In this document: one piece after another, positions 21,422-34,822 of the stretch
Position numbering within the stretch: the stretch's first letter is position 1
Layout: every line of letters begins with the position of its first letter
Source of the DNA: Microthyrium microscopicum
Taxonomy: Eukaryota
Assembly (NCBI GenBank): GCA_010405405.1
Contig: MU004231.1
Location: 2,557,860-2,621,859 of the forward strand
DNA: 64,000 nucleotides
Direction: 5' to 3'
Position numbers and translations under genes: made by a program
The notes under the pieces: model-generated
What the model was told of the DNA's origin: nothing
Databases searched by the model: none
Seen by the model: only the letters and a program-made list of their open reading frames with translations

Positions 21422-21711
21422 CTATTTGCCTAGTCGAGCATCATAGTTGATTCGCCAACGCAACTTTTTGTTCTCTGCCTCGATCGCTGCTAGCTCTAGG
21501 CGCGCGAATGTTGAACTGATCATTTGTGCGTCATGCCCCATGAGTCTGTCAAACACCGATAAGATGTGTAATCCAGCTAGCACTCCAATTATGGCCAACC
21601 CACCCAAATGTGAGACCCGAACGAACCTATCGTATTGCTCGATCTAGAAAGTTATTGGCTTAAGCAGCACGCTCTAATCACCAGTAACTCAACACGTACC
21701 TCGTCTGCCAT
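21422..21711 (-). CDS. Putative small (77 aa) protein with one hydrophobic segment and a short coiled coil, 2 exons
   Basis: ATG GCA GAC GAG, then a 56-nt intron 21644-21699 (GTACGT...TTTCTAG), then in-frame IEQYDRFVRVSHLGGLAIIGVLAGLHILSVFDRLMG...LELAAIEAENKKLRWRINYDARLGK*. The branch point is weak. Confidence 0.45.
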
Positions 21712-22641
21712 TCTATAGTGTAATATTGAAGATCCGAACAATTGTACGATGAGATGGCATGCAAGATCTAGGAAAGTGACACAAATGATGTATGGATATG
21801 CTGAAAGGTAAGTCTAAGAGGGAGCAAATAAAACACTTGAAATCCCATTTGCTTAGGTATTTATGTACATCGTCCTTTTACACTTCTGAACAGTTTTGGT
21901 ATCCAAAACTTATCAAGCCTCTCACTATCTAGGTTCTTTCCCAACATAAATGATGTGATGGGTAGATATGTAGCGAATTTTGGCAAGTAGTACGAGTAGC
22001 AATCTAGATTTTGGTAGAGTTGCAAATACTCGGTCCTGGGTCCCTTCTAGTATGAAATACTGCACCGTCTGAATTTCTTGGAAGGGGATTCTGCTTTGTC
22101 CCTAGGATTATTACTTCATTCCTGTGGTAGAGATGAATCCTAGGGACGGACCTGGCATGATGGAAGAATACCTGGCTGAGGATATATCAGAACAGTATGC
22201 TCTCTTCGGGGATATTATCACAGGATTTCTCCTTGATCTGAAGCCTTCTCCTCGCGAAGCGGATGAGGAGCTGGATTGATCATCACACTCGAGGGCTCTA
22301 GATGAGCTAGATGACAGGATGGCTATATCAGAATTGCGCTACTTGAAACGCAGCAGTATGCTTCAAACCTACAACTGTGATTGTGGACTACCTGTCAACA
22401 TGGCGATGAAGCTGTTGTGAAATTCATGCTCGTAGTAATGACTAGACGAGGGATAGAAGAAACGGATGATTACATTGATATCAACACTTCCCATCCTGTA
22501 GAGGTGAATTATTAGTCTATAGCGCTAGGCAATGCTTATGTCCAACTGCTTGCCCGGCTAATGTACAGTTTATAAGTGACCGTCAAAGCAAATAACACCT
22601 TTTTGCTATGCTTTAAACAAAACCTGAAGAAGCCTCAAAGG

Positions 22642-25600
22642 CTATGAGCTCGCGCTCTGGTCTTCCAAGAACACGGGTATCCCATACACCACAAGCGCTG
22701 CACCATTTAGATACCGCAAGTAACACTCCTCACGGCCAAGCCGCACCGCCTCTACCAAGCTCACTCGCTCCGTAGTTTTCACACCGCCTTTCGTTATCGC
22801 TCCTCGTCCTGCCCTCGAAGAAGTGGACGTTGCTTGTGATGATACAACACTTCTCGACTTCTCAGTATCATAGTTGCGCCGCTTGCCCTTGATACCAATC
22901 AACTTTTGCGTACCAGCACCAGGTCGCCACAGACCCCACGCCTCACCAGCTTTGACGCTTGCGCGATCGCAATCGCGGTCCGTCACATCCCACAGTGTGC
23001 CCACGACAGCAGGCGCGCCAGCCGCGAGGTAGCTAAGCACCATACCAGTGGCCTCGTAGTCGGGGCCATGAGTCTTGAGAGCGGCGGAAGAGCAGCCCAT
23101 GAGCCAAGTGGTAGGACACGAAGTCAGTGAACGCACACTGCGGGGCGAAATGAATTGGCCCCCGGATCCGTGGCCGAAGTAGAGGAAAAGTGATTCGTTG
23201 GCGAGCATGTCGGCGAAACCGGAATCGGCAGGCGCTGTGGTTGAGTGGACCCATTGAGGCTTGAGTGTGGATAAAAGGGGCTCGAAGATGGTTTGTGTTT
23301 TCTGAAGATCGCCTGATGGGTTTAAAAGGGAGAATCCGGAGCTTTTGGAGATGGTATGGCCTATGTTGGTGCCGGTTTTCATAGCGAGGATGCGAGTACG
23401 AAGACAGGAGAGCGAGGGAAGGCGCGATACATTGGTGCGTGCCAGACAAGGAAGCGATTCCCAAGGAAAAGCATGAAGCTCCTTGTCCATTATGAGAATG
23501 GTGTGCTCCTGTCCAGTGGATTCAGGGGTAATGGAGGCCGAGTGGTATGCTTTCAACGCATCGAGCGTGTCAATAACAAGCGAGTCAAAATCGACTTCAT
23601 CATAGGCGTTGCTCTCTCCTTTGAACTGGAGAATGTCAACAATATAGTACAGTAAATCAATCAAACTTTCGTCAATATCACAGTTTTCGTCACGGGGGTC
23701 TGGAAGGCCAGTAAAGAGTTCAAAGACTCGTGAATCCAGTGCAACAGCTTTGGGTTGTCGTTTGCCTTGCCGCGATGGCAAGTGTCGGTTGAGACTGACC
23801 CAAAGCGCTTTTTGAAATCGAGCAAGTAGCAATGGCTGGCGCTTTTGAGGAGAGAACACTCCTCGGAATCCGCCTAGCCATATCTTCTCAATGTTCAAAA
23901 CTAATTCGTGGATACGATTGTCCAGAGCCTCTCGATCAGCCCACCATCTCTTCTTCGATTCTCGGTCTTCTGAGTAGTTGTAGCCATGTGTGCTCTCAAA
24001 AGAATCCTGGATAATATCCCCGAGCTCGCCTTTGACTTCTTCAAATCCGAAATCCTCATCTATAGTCTGACTATGTGAGCTAAGTGGAATGTGAAGTACA
24101 AATGGTGTCTCGCCAGCACGGAGTCGAGTAACATAAAGCACGTCCTTCAAGGAGCTGAGCTTGATTGAGAAAGCGGTCCACGGCTGGGGAATAACGTCGA
24201 CGTAGTCCTCCTGGAACTTCGCGACAGTTATGACTTTAGGTATGTTTGCCATGTCCTCTTCCGTGAAGATGTACGATGGCCAAGCGCTTTGCTCCTCTTT
24301 GGGTATGTTCTCCGCATATAGCGAAATTGCTTGTGTTCTTTGCATCGCATTGATGCTAGGCATATCTATAACTTATTAGAATCGTATTGTACTTTCAGGA
24401 CCTTACAATGGCTTACCAAGTAACAAAGCCGCTTCGGTTGGATGAACAACGCATCCATTGTTGACCTGTGAAGCGGAAACAAAGACAGCAACGCCCGCCA
24501 TTATACTACCAAGTTCAGTGAACTCTGCGATAGAAGCTGTACGAATGGCGACTGGTTGTATAACAGCTAGAGCATCTTGAGTTTCCGCCAGTGATGATGC
24601 CAGTTCCACACTATCAGAGGGTTTAATGGATTTGCCTTTGGCTACTTTTCGAACAGTTCGTGTTTTTGCGACTGCATTATTCATTGTTGCGGATGCCTTT
24701 GTTGAACTTGAAAGAATGTCCTTTGTTTCAATCATGGACAATGCTGGTATAGAGATAGTAGACTCGGGGAGCATGCCAAGAGCACAATCTGAAGCAATAG
24801 ACTTCATGATGTGCTGGAGATTCAAGCGAATGGCAGCGAACTTTTGGCGAAAGGAAAAGTACGTTGACTCCTTAGCTTCTTCCAGTTCAGCAAGACAGTC
24901 TGAAGCTTCGGAAAGCCTATCCCGCGAAATCAAAGTTATAGCTTTGTCGATCAGCAGGCTTGATCTCAATGACTTCAATGGTGCACTTTCTGTGATTACT
25001 GGTCCTTGGGCTGCGGGTTTCGATCCCTTCAAAGTAGCTGTTTTTGGGGCGGGCTTCTTCTTTGTTGCAGTCACTGGGACTGTTCGTGGCGCTCCTCGGG
25101 CCTTTCGGGCTGTTTTGGCTGGGGCAACCTTCTCGTCTAGCTTCAAGTCCGACATTTTGGCAGCCAGGTCATCTTCGGCGGGTAGTGGAGTTGGCTTTCC
25201 AATAGGGGCTGATGTGGCCATTCCTTCCACTGATTTGATGGCAGAATCGATTGCTTCCAGCTCATCATCAACTTCTCCTCGGGCTTTCCACATTCGTGAA
25301 ATACTTTGATGATGGCGAACAAGTTCCATGCAAGGCTGAATATTTTCTGCCAATTCAACAGCTTGTTCAAGATGACGTTGACCGTCCTCTATTTTTCCAT
25401 CCGCAATCTTTTGCTCAGCCAACAAGCTCAAGTTGAATAGCTGTGATTTTGGAACGCAAAGCGTATTGACTATTTTCTCTGCACTGTCAACCCAGTAAAA
25501 TGCTTCTGCGTAAGCCCCGTGGTGTTTGTATATTTCGAAAAGATTGTAGTATGTACGAAGCAAGGCGGGAACCAGGTGCCACAATTTGGCTCCTTTGAGA

Positions 25601-28600
25601 GCATCGTGCGTTAGTTGTTTGGACCACTGATTGTTAGATTTGGTTGAGACATCCAGGGTACTGTCAACAAAGGAGTCGGAGCCTCGTTGGGGAACATGGC
25701 TTGGGGTAGAGTTCTCTATTATGGCCCAGTTGCGCTGCAATAGTTTGACGGCACATTTGGCATCTCGTAAGGCCCATGCAGCAAAGCCAGTCTGAAGCTT
25801 CAGCTTCGAAGCGATCAAAAGCGCATGGCTTAGGAGCTGATTGGTCTTTAAGGTAGAATTTACTTTTGATGTCTTTTCAATCGCAAGCCCAGGGCCCTGG
25901 TCCGAAATGCTTTTTACCGTATTGAGACATTCTTCACATTTGGAAGTGGCACCAATCGCAAGGAAATATTCAGCATAAGCGAGGAGATGCCTAACTTGTG
26001 TCTCCCCTGCTATTCCATGGTTTGTGATGATCGACTTGGCTCTAGCAAGGGTCAGGCCAGCACTTCCAGAATACCCTGCTCGAAGGTATTGCAAACTGAT
26101 GGAAGAAAAAGTATCGATCAGGGGGACAATACTACCCTCTCCTTGGCTAGACAGCACTGTTTGTAGAAGAGATAGAACTTTGAGCCTCGACTCGGACATG
26201 CAATTCGTTTCGAGAAAGTCGGCGAGTAGTTCGAGTTGCCGTAGGAATTCTGATGGTTGATCAACTCTGTCGTGAAGATTTTCAGGTGATTCTTGAACCA
26301 GTTTTCCCCAAATGGCAACAGACTGCTCAATCTGGGATATTGGGAAAGTGGATTTTGAAAGTGCTTGATAAACAGCGATGCTTGCTTGTTGGTGCTCGAC
26401 AAATCCAAGAAGCAGTTTGTCTTTGCTGCCAGCGCAAGCTTCCTCATTCTCGATGCATCCGGAAGACATTGCAGCAAGATCGGTTTCCAACACAGAGGGA
26501 AAGACGTGCGAAAATCGGGTGAGTAGTAAGATTATGCGCTGTCGGCGAATTGGATATCGTTTAGCGTCGTATATGTCAAAAATTGCGCGAAAGATGCGAG
26601 AAATGTAGTCAACCTGTTCCAAACCTCGAAATCGACCTGGAATAGCCAGCTCTTTGCAATATAAAAACAGTTGGCGCTCCAACAGAAGTACTCGAATGTC
26701 TTCGTCGAGGCGGGCATTGTCAAAAAAGCTCATAACTCTGCTTTCTCGCGCTTCGGTCTTCCAAATGAGATAGTGCAAGTTGTCTATACACTGTCTCAGC
26801 TTGGCGCTTTCTTCCAGAAGCCAAAATTGTTCATAAGTCACAGACCCAGCCAATTGAGTCAATGATGTTATCGAGTTATATTGAAGATGCTCGGATATCG
26901 CCTCCTCCAGATACTTCCTGGACTGATCGAAGTTGCCATAATGCTCGTAGTATTGAGCAAGGCCGAGGAGTTTGCTTGCAAGTGAGCCAAGCTGACGAGT
27001 TTCCAAGCTCTGATCCTGAAGTGCAGTAACGCTGCGTTTGGACGCGTCTAATTTCTCGGTGGTGGATGAAGCTCCGTCTGCGCTGGGTTTACGATGGAAT
27101 GCCCAGTACAGGCTAGATGCTTTTATTGCGACGTTGTCAGTGTTATAGCTGTCTGAACGACAATCTTCCAGAGTCGATGCCAAACTAAGTGAGTCCTGAA
27201 GTGCACTATCGAAATCTTTCCAGGCTAGTCCTCCATCTTTGAGCCCGGTTTTGCAACATAGAAACACAGAATCGCTGAATGATGGTGCTGCTGCTCGGGC
27301 CTTTGAAAGCTTCTCGCTGCGCCGTAAAGCTTGTTTTGGATCATCGATGGTGGTTTGATCTGGACCTACATAACGTAGTAGATATCGCAGACAGGCAAAC
27401 ACTCCATCTCGGCAAGCAGCTAAAATGTCGTTATGTGGCTGATCAATGGCTTCTCCGTGCATCTCTGATTGCAGTCGAGAAATCAGAGTACGTCGATATC
27501 CCGCGACTTCGAGTAAGAGTGCATCAATATCGCTGCTTTCTCCTCTAAGGGCCTGACCCATTGCACCATGTGCTTCGGCCATCGTCGGCAACAGCTCGTC
27601 AGAGACCTCAGCAGCAAGAAGAGCAAGTCTTGACACGCGGACTTTGCCGATTGCATCGCTGATAATAGTTGCGTTTCCACTTGGGATGGCTTCTTTATAT
27701 TTTTTCATCCAAAGGATTGCCACATCATATTTCGAAGCGTCCTGGGCGATAGAACTCATCAATCGGCAAATAGAGCTCCAGAATGGCTCGACTGTAGTAC
27801 TCGAGGTTTTGCACTTTGCATCAGCAACAGCCAAAGTGAGACTGGATATTGTCTGAGATGCGGATTCTAATACCAAATTCGGCGATCTCGTTGACCGTCG
27901 TGAAAATGCCGACAGACATTTGAAAATGGGTCTCCAAAAGTCTTTTCCGATATCCAGAGTCTGACAGCACGCGTGACACGACATTATCCGTGCTCGGTAT
28001 ATTAGGCTTTGCAATTGCAACGCCACCTCTGCTGAGACGTGTTCTTCGGCGGTCTCGTCGGCGTCTGTGGATATACTGGGACACAACGACAATATGAGCG
28101 CATAGAGCAACTCGAACTGACGTATGGCCTTTGATTTGTCGGTAGTCGTCTCGTGTTGCCGCAAGGTGATTTGCAACGGAGAGCTGTTGTTACTCAAATC
28201 GATATGCTTCGCAAGTGCATGGACTTCAGGCTTACGTTTTCGTGCTGCAATCAGTTTCATCACGCATTCTTGATATTTGCTGACGACTCCGAGTAGTTGG
28301 CCTTCATGTTGAGCTGCCGACCCAAAGTCGAGAAGATCGGCCAATAACTCTTTCTGTATCTGTCCTTCTTTGGATCCCTTGGCAATTTGTTCCGCCTTTT
28401 GCGCCTGTATTGGTTTCTTTCCCGAAGCGGACACCGCATCCAGTCTTCTCTTTAGTCCTCGTAACTCTTTTGCCGCAATGTTGTCCAACCCTAAAGTTAT
28501 GCACTTGCCAACAAAAGACAGCGTTCCATTCTCAGTCTGTAGATCTAATGTGCCCGGTGCATCTTGCTTCTTGGATCGCCGCATGTATTCAAACGCAATA

Positions 28601-29184
28601 TGAGCACACTCTGCGACAGAAGTAGCCCCAGCTGGTATTTGGCGCTTCCCACCATTCGTCGTCGATGTTTGTCGAGATAAGGTGCGCTTATCTGGCGAAT
28701 TAGGGGAACGGGAGGTAAGGGGGCGCGAATTCGTTCGGGCATGTTTTGCAGCTTGTTTCTGGGAAACAGTCTTTGCGGGTGAGCTCTCTTGGTTGTTGTT
28801 GACGCGAACCGTTGCCTGCATCTGCTTGACGGTGTCGGACAGCGTTCTGAGCGCGATATTGATGGTCTCGATCGCGACTCCATATTTCTCAGTTGTAGAC
28901 AGCGGAGACGGTTCTTCCACAAGTACCTTGATCGGCACCTGAGCTCTCGAGCTCGTAGTGTTTGCTCTCGATCGAGTAGAAGCTTTTGTTGTGGCGCTTC
29001 GCGCAGATGATATGGGTTTCCGACTATCAGCGGCTTTTCTAATGGTTTGCTCGGAGGCAGAGTCGGAGTCCGAAGATATAAATCCCAAAAGTTGTTTCAA
29101 GGTAGTGAGTGTCGCAGTTGAGCATGTGGTAGTGGATGACATTGCCTGTACGACGGAGGTATTATCAGCTCTCGAAGGAGCCAT
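22642..29184 (-). CDS. ESP1: Separase (peptidase C50; ESP1/cut1/bimB), 2 exons
   Basis: 1593-aa and 573-aa ORFs joined in frame by intron 24366-24416. Motifs WW..RE.LD, FPWESLPCL...VSRLPSL and LLNPSGDL..TQ; catalytic LYFGHGSG and LMGCSS; VVGTLWDVTD.D.D. Confidence 0.96.
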
Positions 29185-29628
29185 TTTTGGATGATATGTA
29201 AAGGAGGAAATAAAGTAGTAGGGATTCAGGCATTAGACATTACTCAGAGTTGAGACCCATGGTGTGTTCTTGCATGGACATGATGTTGTCGAAACTTTTA
29301 TTTACTAACACGGCGCGAGGTTACCAATAACCGCGCTTACCGCGCACAAGCGCTGCGAGCGAAATATCGTGGAAGGTGCAAACCAATGGAAGGAAATAAC
29401 CTTACTCTTATTTTAACTTCACACCTCAAAGAGCTTGAATAGATGGGTATCATGAATTAAATATTTACGAAAGAAAATGTGGTTTATGACGGCGCTTTCA
29501 AACGCTCTTCTGGCATAAAATAGCTCAGACTGGGGGACCAGGCCCTTTTCCACATATGCAAACCCAACTCCAAGTTCATATCTCACAAATGTTCAGAGAT
29601 CGAATATGCTCAGCACTTCATTGTTCAT

Positions 29629-30563
29629 TTATTTCTTCCGAGACTTCTTCGGTGGAGGTGGAAATTGCATTCGAGGAACCGTGTCGCCTTGAAGGGTGTT
29701 GAAGGCTTTGGTTCTTGGAGTCGTTGGTGATAGCGGGAATTTGCCGCCGTATGAAGTGCCAGGCGTCTCTGGGATGGGTACCATTTCCCATTGTGGCTCA
29801 TGTGGATCCTTCCCTTTGCTTTTCTCCCCATAACTCTCTTCATCGCCCTTGTGCTCGGAGGGTGGAAAGAACATCGAATGTAGCGCGAGTAAAATGTGAA
29901 TCGAGTACAATGCACTAGAAAGAACGAAGTTAGCCGGGTAAAAGACGGATGATCAAGATTGACCTACACAAATATCGTGGTAACGGCAAGAGCTGACTTC
30001 GCCTGCATACAATACCCAATGTTCGAGGGAATGGCGGCAACGCTGCAGCTTTTCGTGATGTACCATGGGGGGCCATGCACTTGAAGTTTTGGATCGATCG
30101 TATCTGATCCGAGTTGGCCCGCCAAACTGTAGGCGTAAAGTCCCAGCCCGAGTCCATGAGCCGCTATCGATAATGGAGGATAGAGGACTTTCATGACAGC
30201 AGCGATGCTCTTCACAAGAAGGATGAAGACAGTCAATACGGAAATGGTGAGGTTGAATTTTGTCAAACTATAATTTCAGTCAGCTCATTGTAAGTCAAAA
30301 CAGGCAAATCAGTCGTACTGTGAGCTCCAAACAAGAGGAGTAACCATGGCTTTCCCATTCACCAGGTCATAAATTGGCTGGGAGGGTGAGCTGTTGAAGC
30401 CATTGATAAAACCATCGAGCCATAACTTGTCCCGATACGTGTCTGGGTCTGCAATTCCAAAGAGGGTGAGAATGGCGACTGTCAGTGGCAGTTCGAATAC
30501 CATGAGGCCCAAAATAACCTTTGGGAACCTCCATCTCTTCATATTCAGCGAGAATTTTGGCAT
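29629..30563 (-). CDS. Fungal integral membrane protein (about 4 TM) of unknown function, 3 exons
   Basis: Introns 30268-30318 and 29915-29967 join three ORF pieces in frame; hydrophobic helices; PWYITKSC..A......YC.QAK loop; C-terminal P.TPRT.AFNTL motif. Confidence 0.8.
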
Positions 30564-32644
30564 TTTGGTAGAAGTAAGCGGCTAGGTGGTCATCAGGACT
30601 CTTGGCAGGACTTTGGAGGTTTGGACGCTGTCTCTGCTATGAGAGCTCTGCTGAGTTCACGATCGTAGTCCTCGCAAGACGGAGGCGAAGCAAGAAAGGC
30701 GTTTCAGAGAGCAGATCCGTTGCGGAATAGTTGGTGAGTTAAAGGTCGATGAAAAGATGAGGAGAGAGGAGTCGTCTCCAGCGCATAAAGGGCGCGAAGT
30801 CCATTGTCAGCGGGTAGAGGCGTGATTCGTGAAGCGGGCCCGCCTGGGGGATGCAGAATCATCGAGACTCGAGCTGGGATTGCTCAGAGTTCGGGCGCTT
30901 ACAGCTGGAGGTGGTCGCGGCGACATGGAACACGACCAATGATAGCTGATTTGCCAGGGTATATAGCCAACGCCTGTGCAGAAATGCGGGAGTGGCGTAA
31001 GAACCAACTGGGAATTGGAGGTCTGTATCGTTTCTGGTTGGTCAGTGTCTGAGCCATCTTGGAAACATTGTTGGTGGGACAGACTGGCGATAAAAAGCTG
31101 CGAAAGCCTCAGGAGTCAGGCTTCAACAATAATGAACCCCCAAACCTCAGTGCTCTTCGATCCAACGTTTTACCTGCACAGAAAACTAGGCATTTTGGAT
31201 GGATCTGGATGGTTGATGTCGCGAAATCCGATCTGGTTGTGCTTGGATCACTTGGCACAACTCAAGATTGACCCTCGCTTCGTCCTTAACCTCACTCCAT
31301 CCTCTCAAGCAACGAATGTGCATCGCTTTGTCTAGGCCTAACCATCTGCTCATTGAACAGACGTTCAATCGATCGTTTGTCTATTCTTGCTACCGCTGAA
31401 GCAGACACAATCTTTTTTCAAAAACTAGCGGAATGACTTACAAAGTCCCATCGTCTATCTCCTGCCAATGTCACCGAGAAGAAGTAGGTCATCATCAACG
31501 ACCTGTACGGCCTCGCATTGTAGTGCCTATTAGCTACAATGTTTGCGGAATGGCTTAGCGATATTGCTGGAGCTGATATTCTTTTGCTGTCTGATGCCAG
31601 AGATCATTTTTTAAAAGTTTCCCTCATACAGAATGCCGTCACTTAGGTATTGCCAGGTCAAACTTCAAAGGCGTTCCGTGAGTCTGCAGATCCCAACCAT
31701 TTGACCTTACGGAGGACAAAGCATTCCAAAGTACCTAGATAATATGCTTTACATGAGCAGGTCACCCATAGAAACTTGCATTACCATTCGAAAAGCAACG
31801 TCTGCAAGCCTTCCAGTCAATACGCATCAATGTATCAAACCTTTATACTTTTGCTACCCTCCGGCTATCAAGCATCCTAACTTTGGTTTAAATGCCGACC
31901 CCTTAAAATTCGAGACATTGTAGCAGCCAGCCAAATGGTACAAACCATCCATAATCTTGTGGAATCCAAAACTTGCACTTTCGCTGACGGGACATAGAGC
32001 AGCTTGACAAAATTCAACATCTTCTTTCATTTCCCTTGCTTGATATCGTTTCAAGTGCGAAATCGTGTAGCCATTTCCGCCAACAACTGGTGTCCTATCG
32101 ATTTTTTCCTCGTTCATGCGCTACGAAGGCAGACAGAACCATTTTGGTTCGCCGCTTGATGCGTGGATATACATTATTCGCAGGTTCAGGGTGTTCAGTT
32201 CAGATGATTCGGCGTCAAGGCAATAATATACAACCTGAGATAAAATTCGAAGGGAGACCATGCATGAAGCGGGCCGATTTCTTACGATCCGCGAGGCGCC
32301 ATACCTCTTCACTATCTCCACATTGGTCTATCATGACCTGTGGCTTTTTTGGCCCCCAAAATATCGCTTCAACATGCGCCTCAACCAGAGTGGATTGGAC
32401 TCCGACTCACTGCCATCTGGATGGTGTCAACGCGATGGATCGATAAGTATGTAGTTAATAGTCTAGTTTTTCGCTCTTCAGCATCTGACCTGGATTGCAC
32501 TTTTCTTTCTTTCTCCTCCCCAAACTATATTCGCATTTTTCCTGTAAAACTCATTATCTATTCGTTCACTGTGGGTGGTCTAGTTCCCGAAACACTGCCA
32601 GTCGGCGTCCTATCTTCTCTGAATCTTCAGTCATCTCATCGATC

Positions 32645-34577
32645 ATGGTAGACTATACCAGAGTCCCAGGCGGGCAAGACAACATCTACACGGCAAATAT
32701 GCCATCAAACGAAACGCTGATGGGCAAGGGTAGCCCCAATGAAAAATCGATATTTTCGACAGCTCAAGTGCCTCCCCTACCCGCTATCCAAAGAGGACGA
32801 TTCGCTCGCGTGCTAGATTTTGCGAATCGATTCTGGCTCACTGAATTAGTTGCTTGTGTTGTTTCCTGGATCGCTCTCATATGCATGGCAGTACTTCTCA
32901 GTTTTCTCAATGGAAAATCTGCTTCTGGTTACCTTGGAAAATGGGCCACACCAGTGCTTGGTTTTCTTGGAACGATTGTTCGGACCTCGCTCATGATGCC
33001 TGTTGCTGGAGCTTTAGGTCAACTAAAATGGGACATGTTTCGAGGCAAGAAGTCTTCTGCGCTTGATACTATGGAATCCTTCAACGATGCGACTCGAGGT
33101 CCCAGTGGCGCTCTCAAACTAGCGTGGCGACTGAAATTCAAGTAAGGAAACAGTCCGGAAGATAAGATCTGTGCTGACTATTTCTTACAGGAGATTTGCC
33201 GTGCTAGGTGCCCTCGTCTCAGTTCTCTCTTTATCGAATGATGCTCTGGTTCAAAGATCACTGGAGACTGTCAGTCAAACTTCCACGATACCGCCGTCTC
33301 AATCTCAAGGTGTTCCTCCGGCTGTTGTATACAGAACTAATAATTACGATTCTATCACATTGTTCAACACGGGTAAAGTGCTGCCCGCCTCGACCCTCCA
33401 GACTCAGTTCTTCTACGCCATATCATCACAAACGAAAGGGGATCTTGGTCTATTCAACCAAGAACTTTGGCAATGCACCACAGGCAATTGCACGTACCCA
33501 ACATATCAGACTTTGACAACCGATTATCAGTGTATTGATCTGTCCAGTAAATTACCAAACCCGCTGCCAACTATTGTCAAGCATCCTTCGGACTCCACTG
33601 TGGTCCTTAATACTAATGGTGGAATCATCACCTCTCAGAGCATCTTCACCGATCCCGACCAAACACTGTATTCAGCTCCCTTGGGCAAATTGATCACTCG
33701 CTGGCTAGTCCTGGCAAGAAACTTTGGATCAGGCAGTGACAATGCAGTGGTTGCCACCGAGTGCTCAATTTACTGGGCAGTTTCGACATATCAGAATTCC
33801 TCTGTTACGCTCGGAGCATTCTCCGAAACCCGCACAAATCCGATCACCAAGTACACAACCATTACAAACACCAAGACAAAGACAGCTGCAAGTTATAACA
33901 TCACTGCCGATCCGTGCTATTCCCAAGATGGCAAGACCATAGCGAGCAGTGATAGCAGTTGTACATACTCGATTGATGCCAATGCTCATGAAGCACTGCA
34001 AAACTATTTCAATCTGGCATATATTTCCTTCAATGGCAACGCAAGCATCATCAGCGGCAGTCTCTCAGATGCAGGCGATGCTACGTTCGGCTACGACAGC
34101 GCTTTCCTACTCTCTCTACTGCCCGATCTTAATGGTTCCAATCGCGGCCAAACGGTTGCCTCCCTCGCCAATATCGCAGGCCGAGGAGCCGCTTTGCTCA
34201 ACACCAAGATTCGAGTCGCTCCGCAATTCGCCGCCGATGGCACGGCTACACATGGTTTAGTCAACGGAAAGGCCATGCTAATGCTCGCGGTATACAAAGC
34301 CGTTCCATATGCACTGGTTGGACCCGGTGTCTTGGTGCTTCTCAGCACGATCTTTTTCCTGGCTACTGCATTCTTTAGTCGAAATCAGCAAAAATGGAAG
34401 AATTCTCAGATGGCTCTCTTTTTCCACGGTCTTACACCGGAGGACATCGCTCGTGTCTCACACATCTCGTCCTTCGGGGATATGAAGGATGCTGCCAAAC
34501 AAATAGACGTAAAGATTGTGGACACTGCTTATGGAGAAAAGCTCATGTCAAAGGAGCTGATTGCGCGGGATTCTTGA
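32645..34577 (+). CDS. DUF3176-like fungal membrane protein, 2 exons
   Basis: ATG 32645; intron 33142-33190. Motifs W..EL.AC..S, PVAGALGQLKW..F, F.DATRGP.GAL.L and CTTGNCTYPTYQTL....QC.D; C-terminal TM followed by WKNS.MAL.FHGL. Confidence 0.85.
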
Positions 34578-34638
34578 TTGGTCGTTTTCTCAATTTCAGC
34601 TCACATCTTCTGTTTCATGTATTTAGCTATTACCCTTT

Positions 34639-34682
34639 CCCTTGACGCGATGCTTCTTCTCCCTTGACGCAATGCTTCTTCT
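34639..34682. repeat. 22-bp tandem duplication between two convergent genes
   Basis: cccttgacgcgatgcttcttct followed directly by cccttgacgcaatgcttcttct (1 mismatch). Confidence 0.9.
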
Positions 34683-34822
34683 GTAACCTTTGAATTCCAA
34701 TTTTGTGTACACGACACAGCGCAATCACCATCTATGTTTAGTTGCCCACCATGCACGAGCTGTATCTTCAGTTGACTTCCAATCGATAGGAAAAGTTAGC
34801 ATGTTGCCATGAACTCCGCTGG

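Noticed and set aside
31400..32480. Consecutive minus-strand ORFs (31854-32321) separated by one stop, possible pseudogene
   Set aside because: No recognisable motif or splice model; may simply be promoter sequence of the DUF3176-like gene. Needs blastx.
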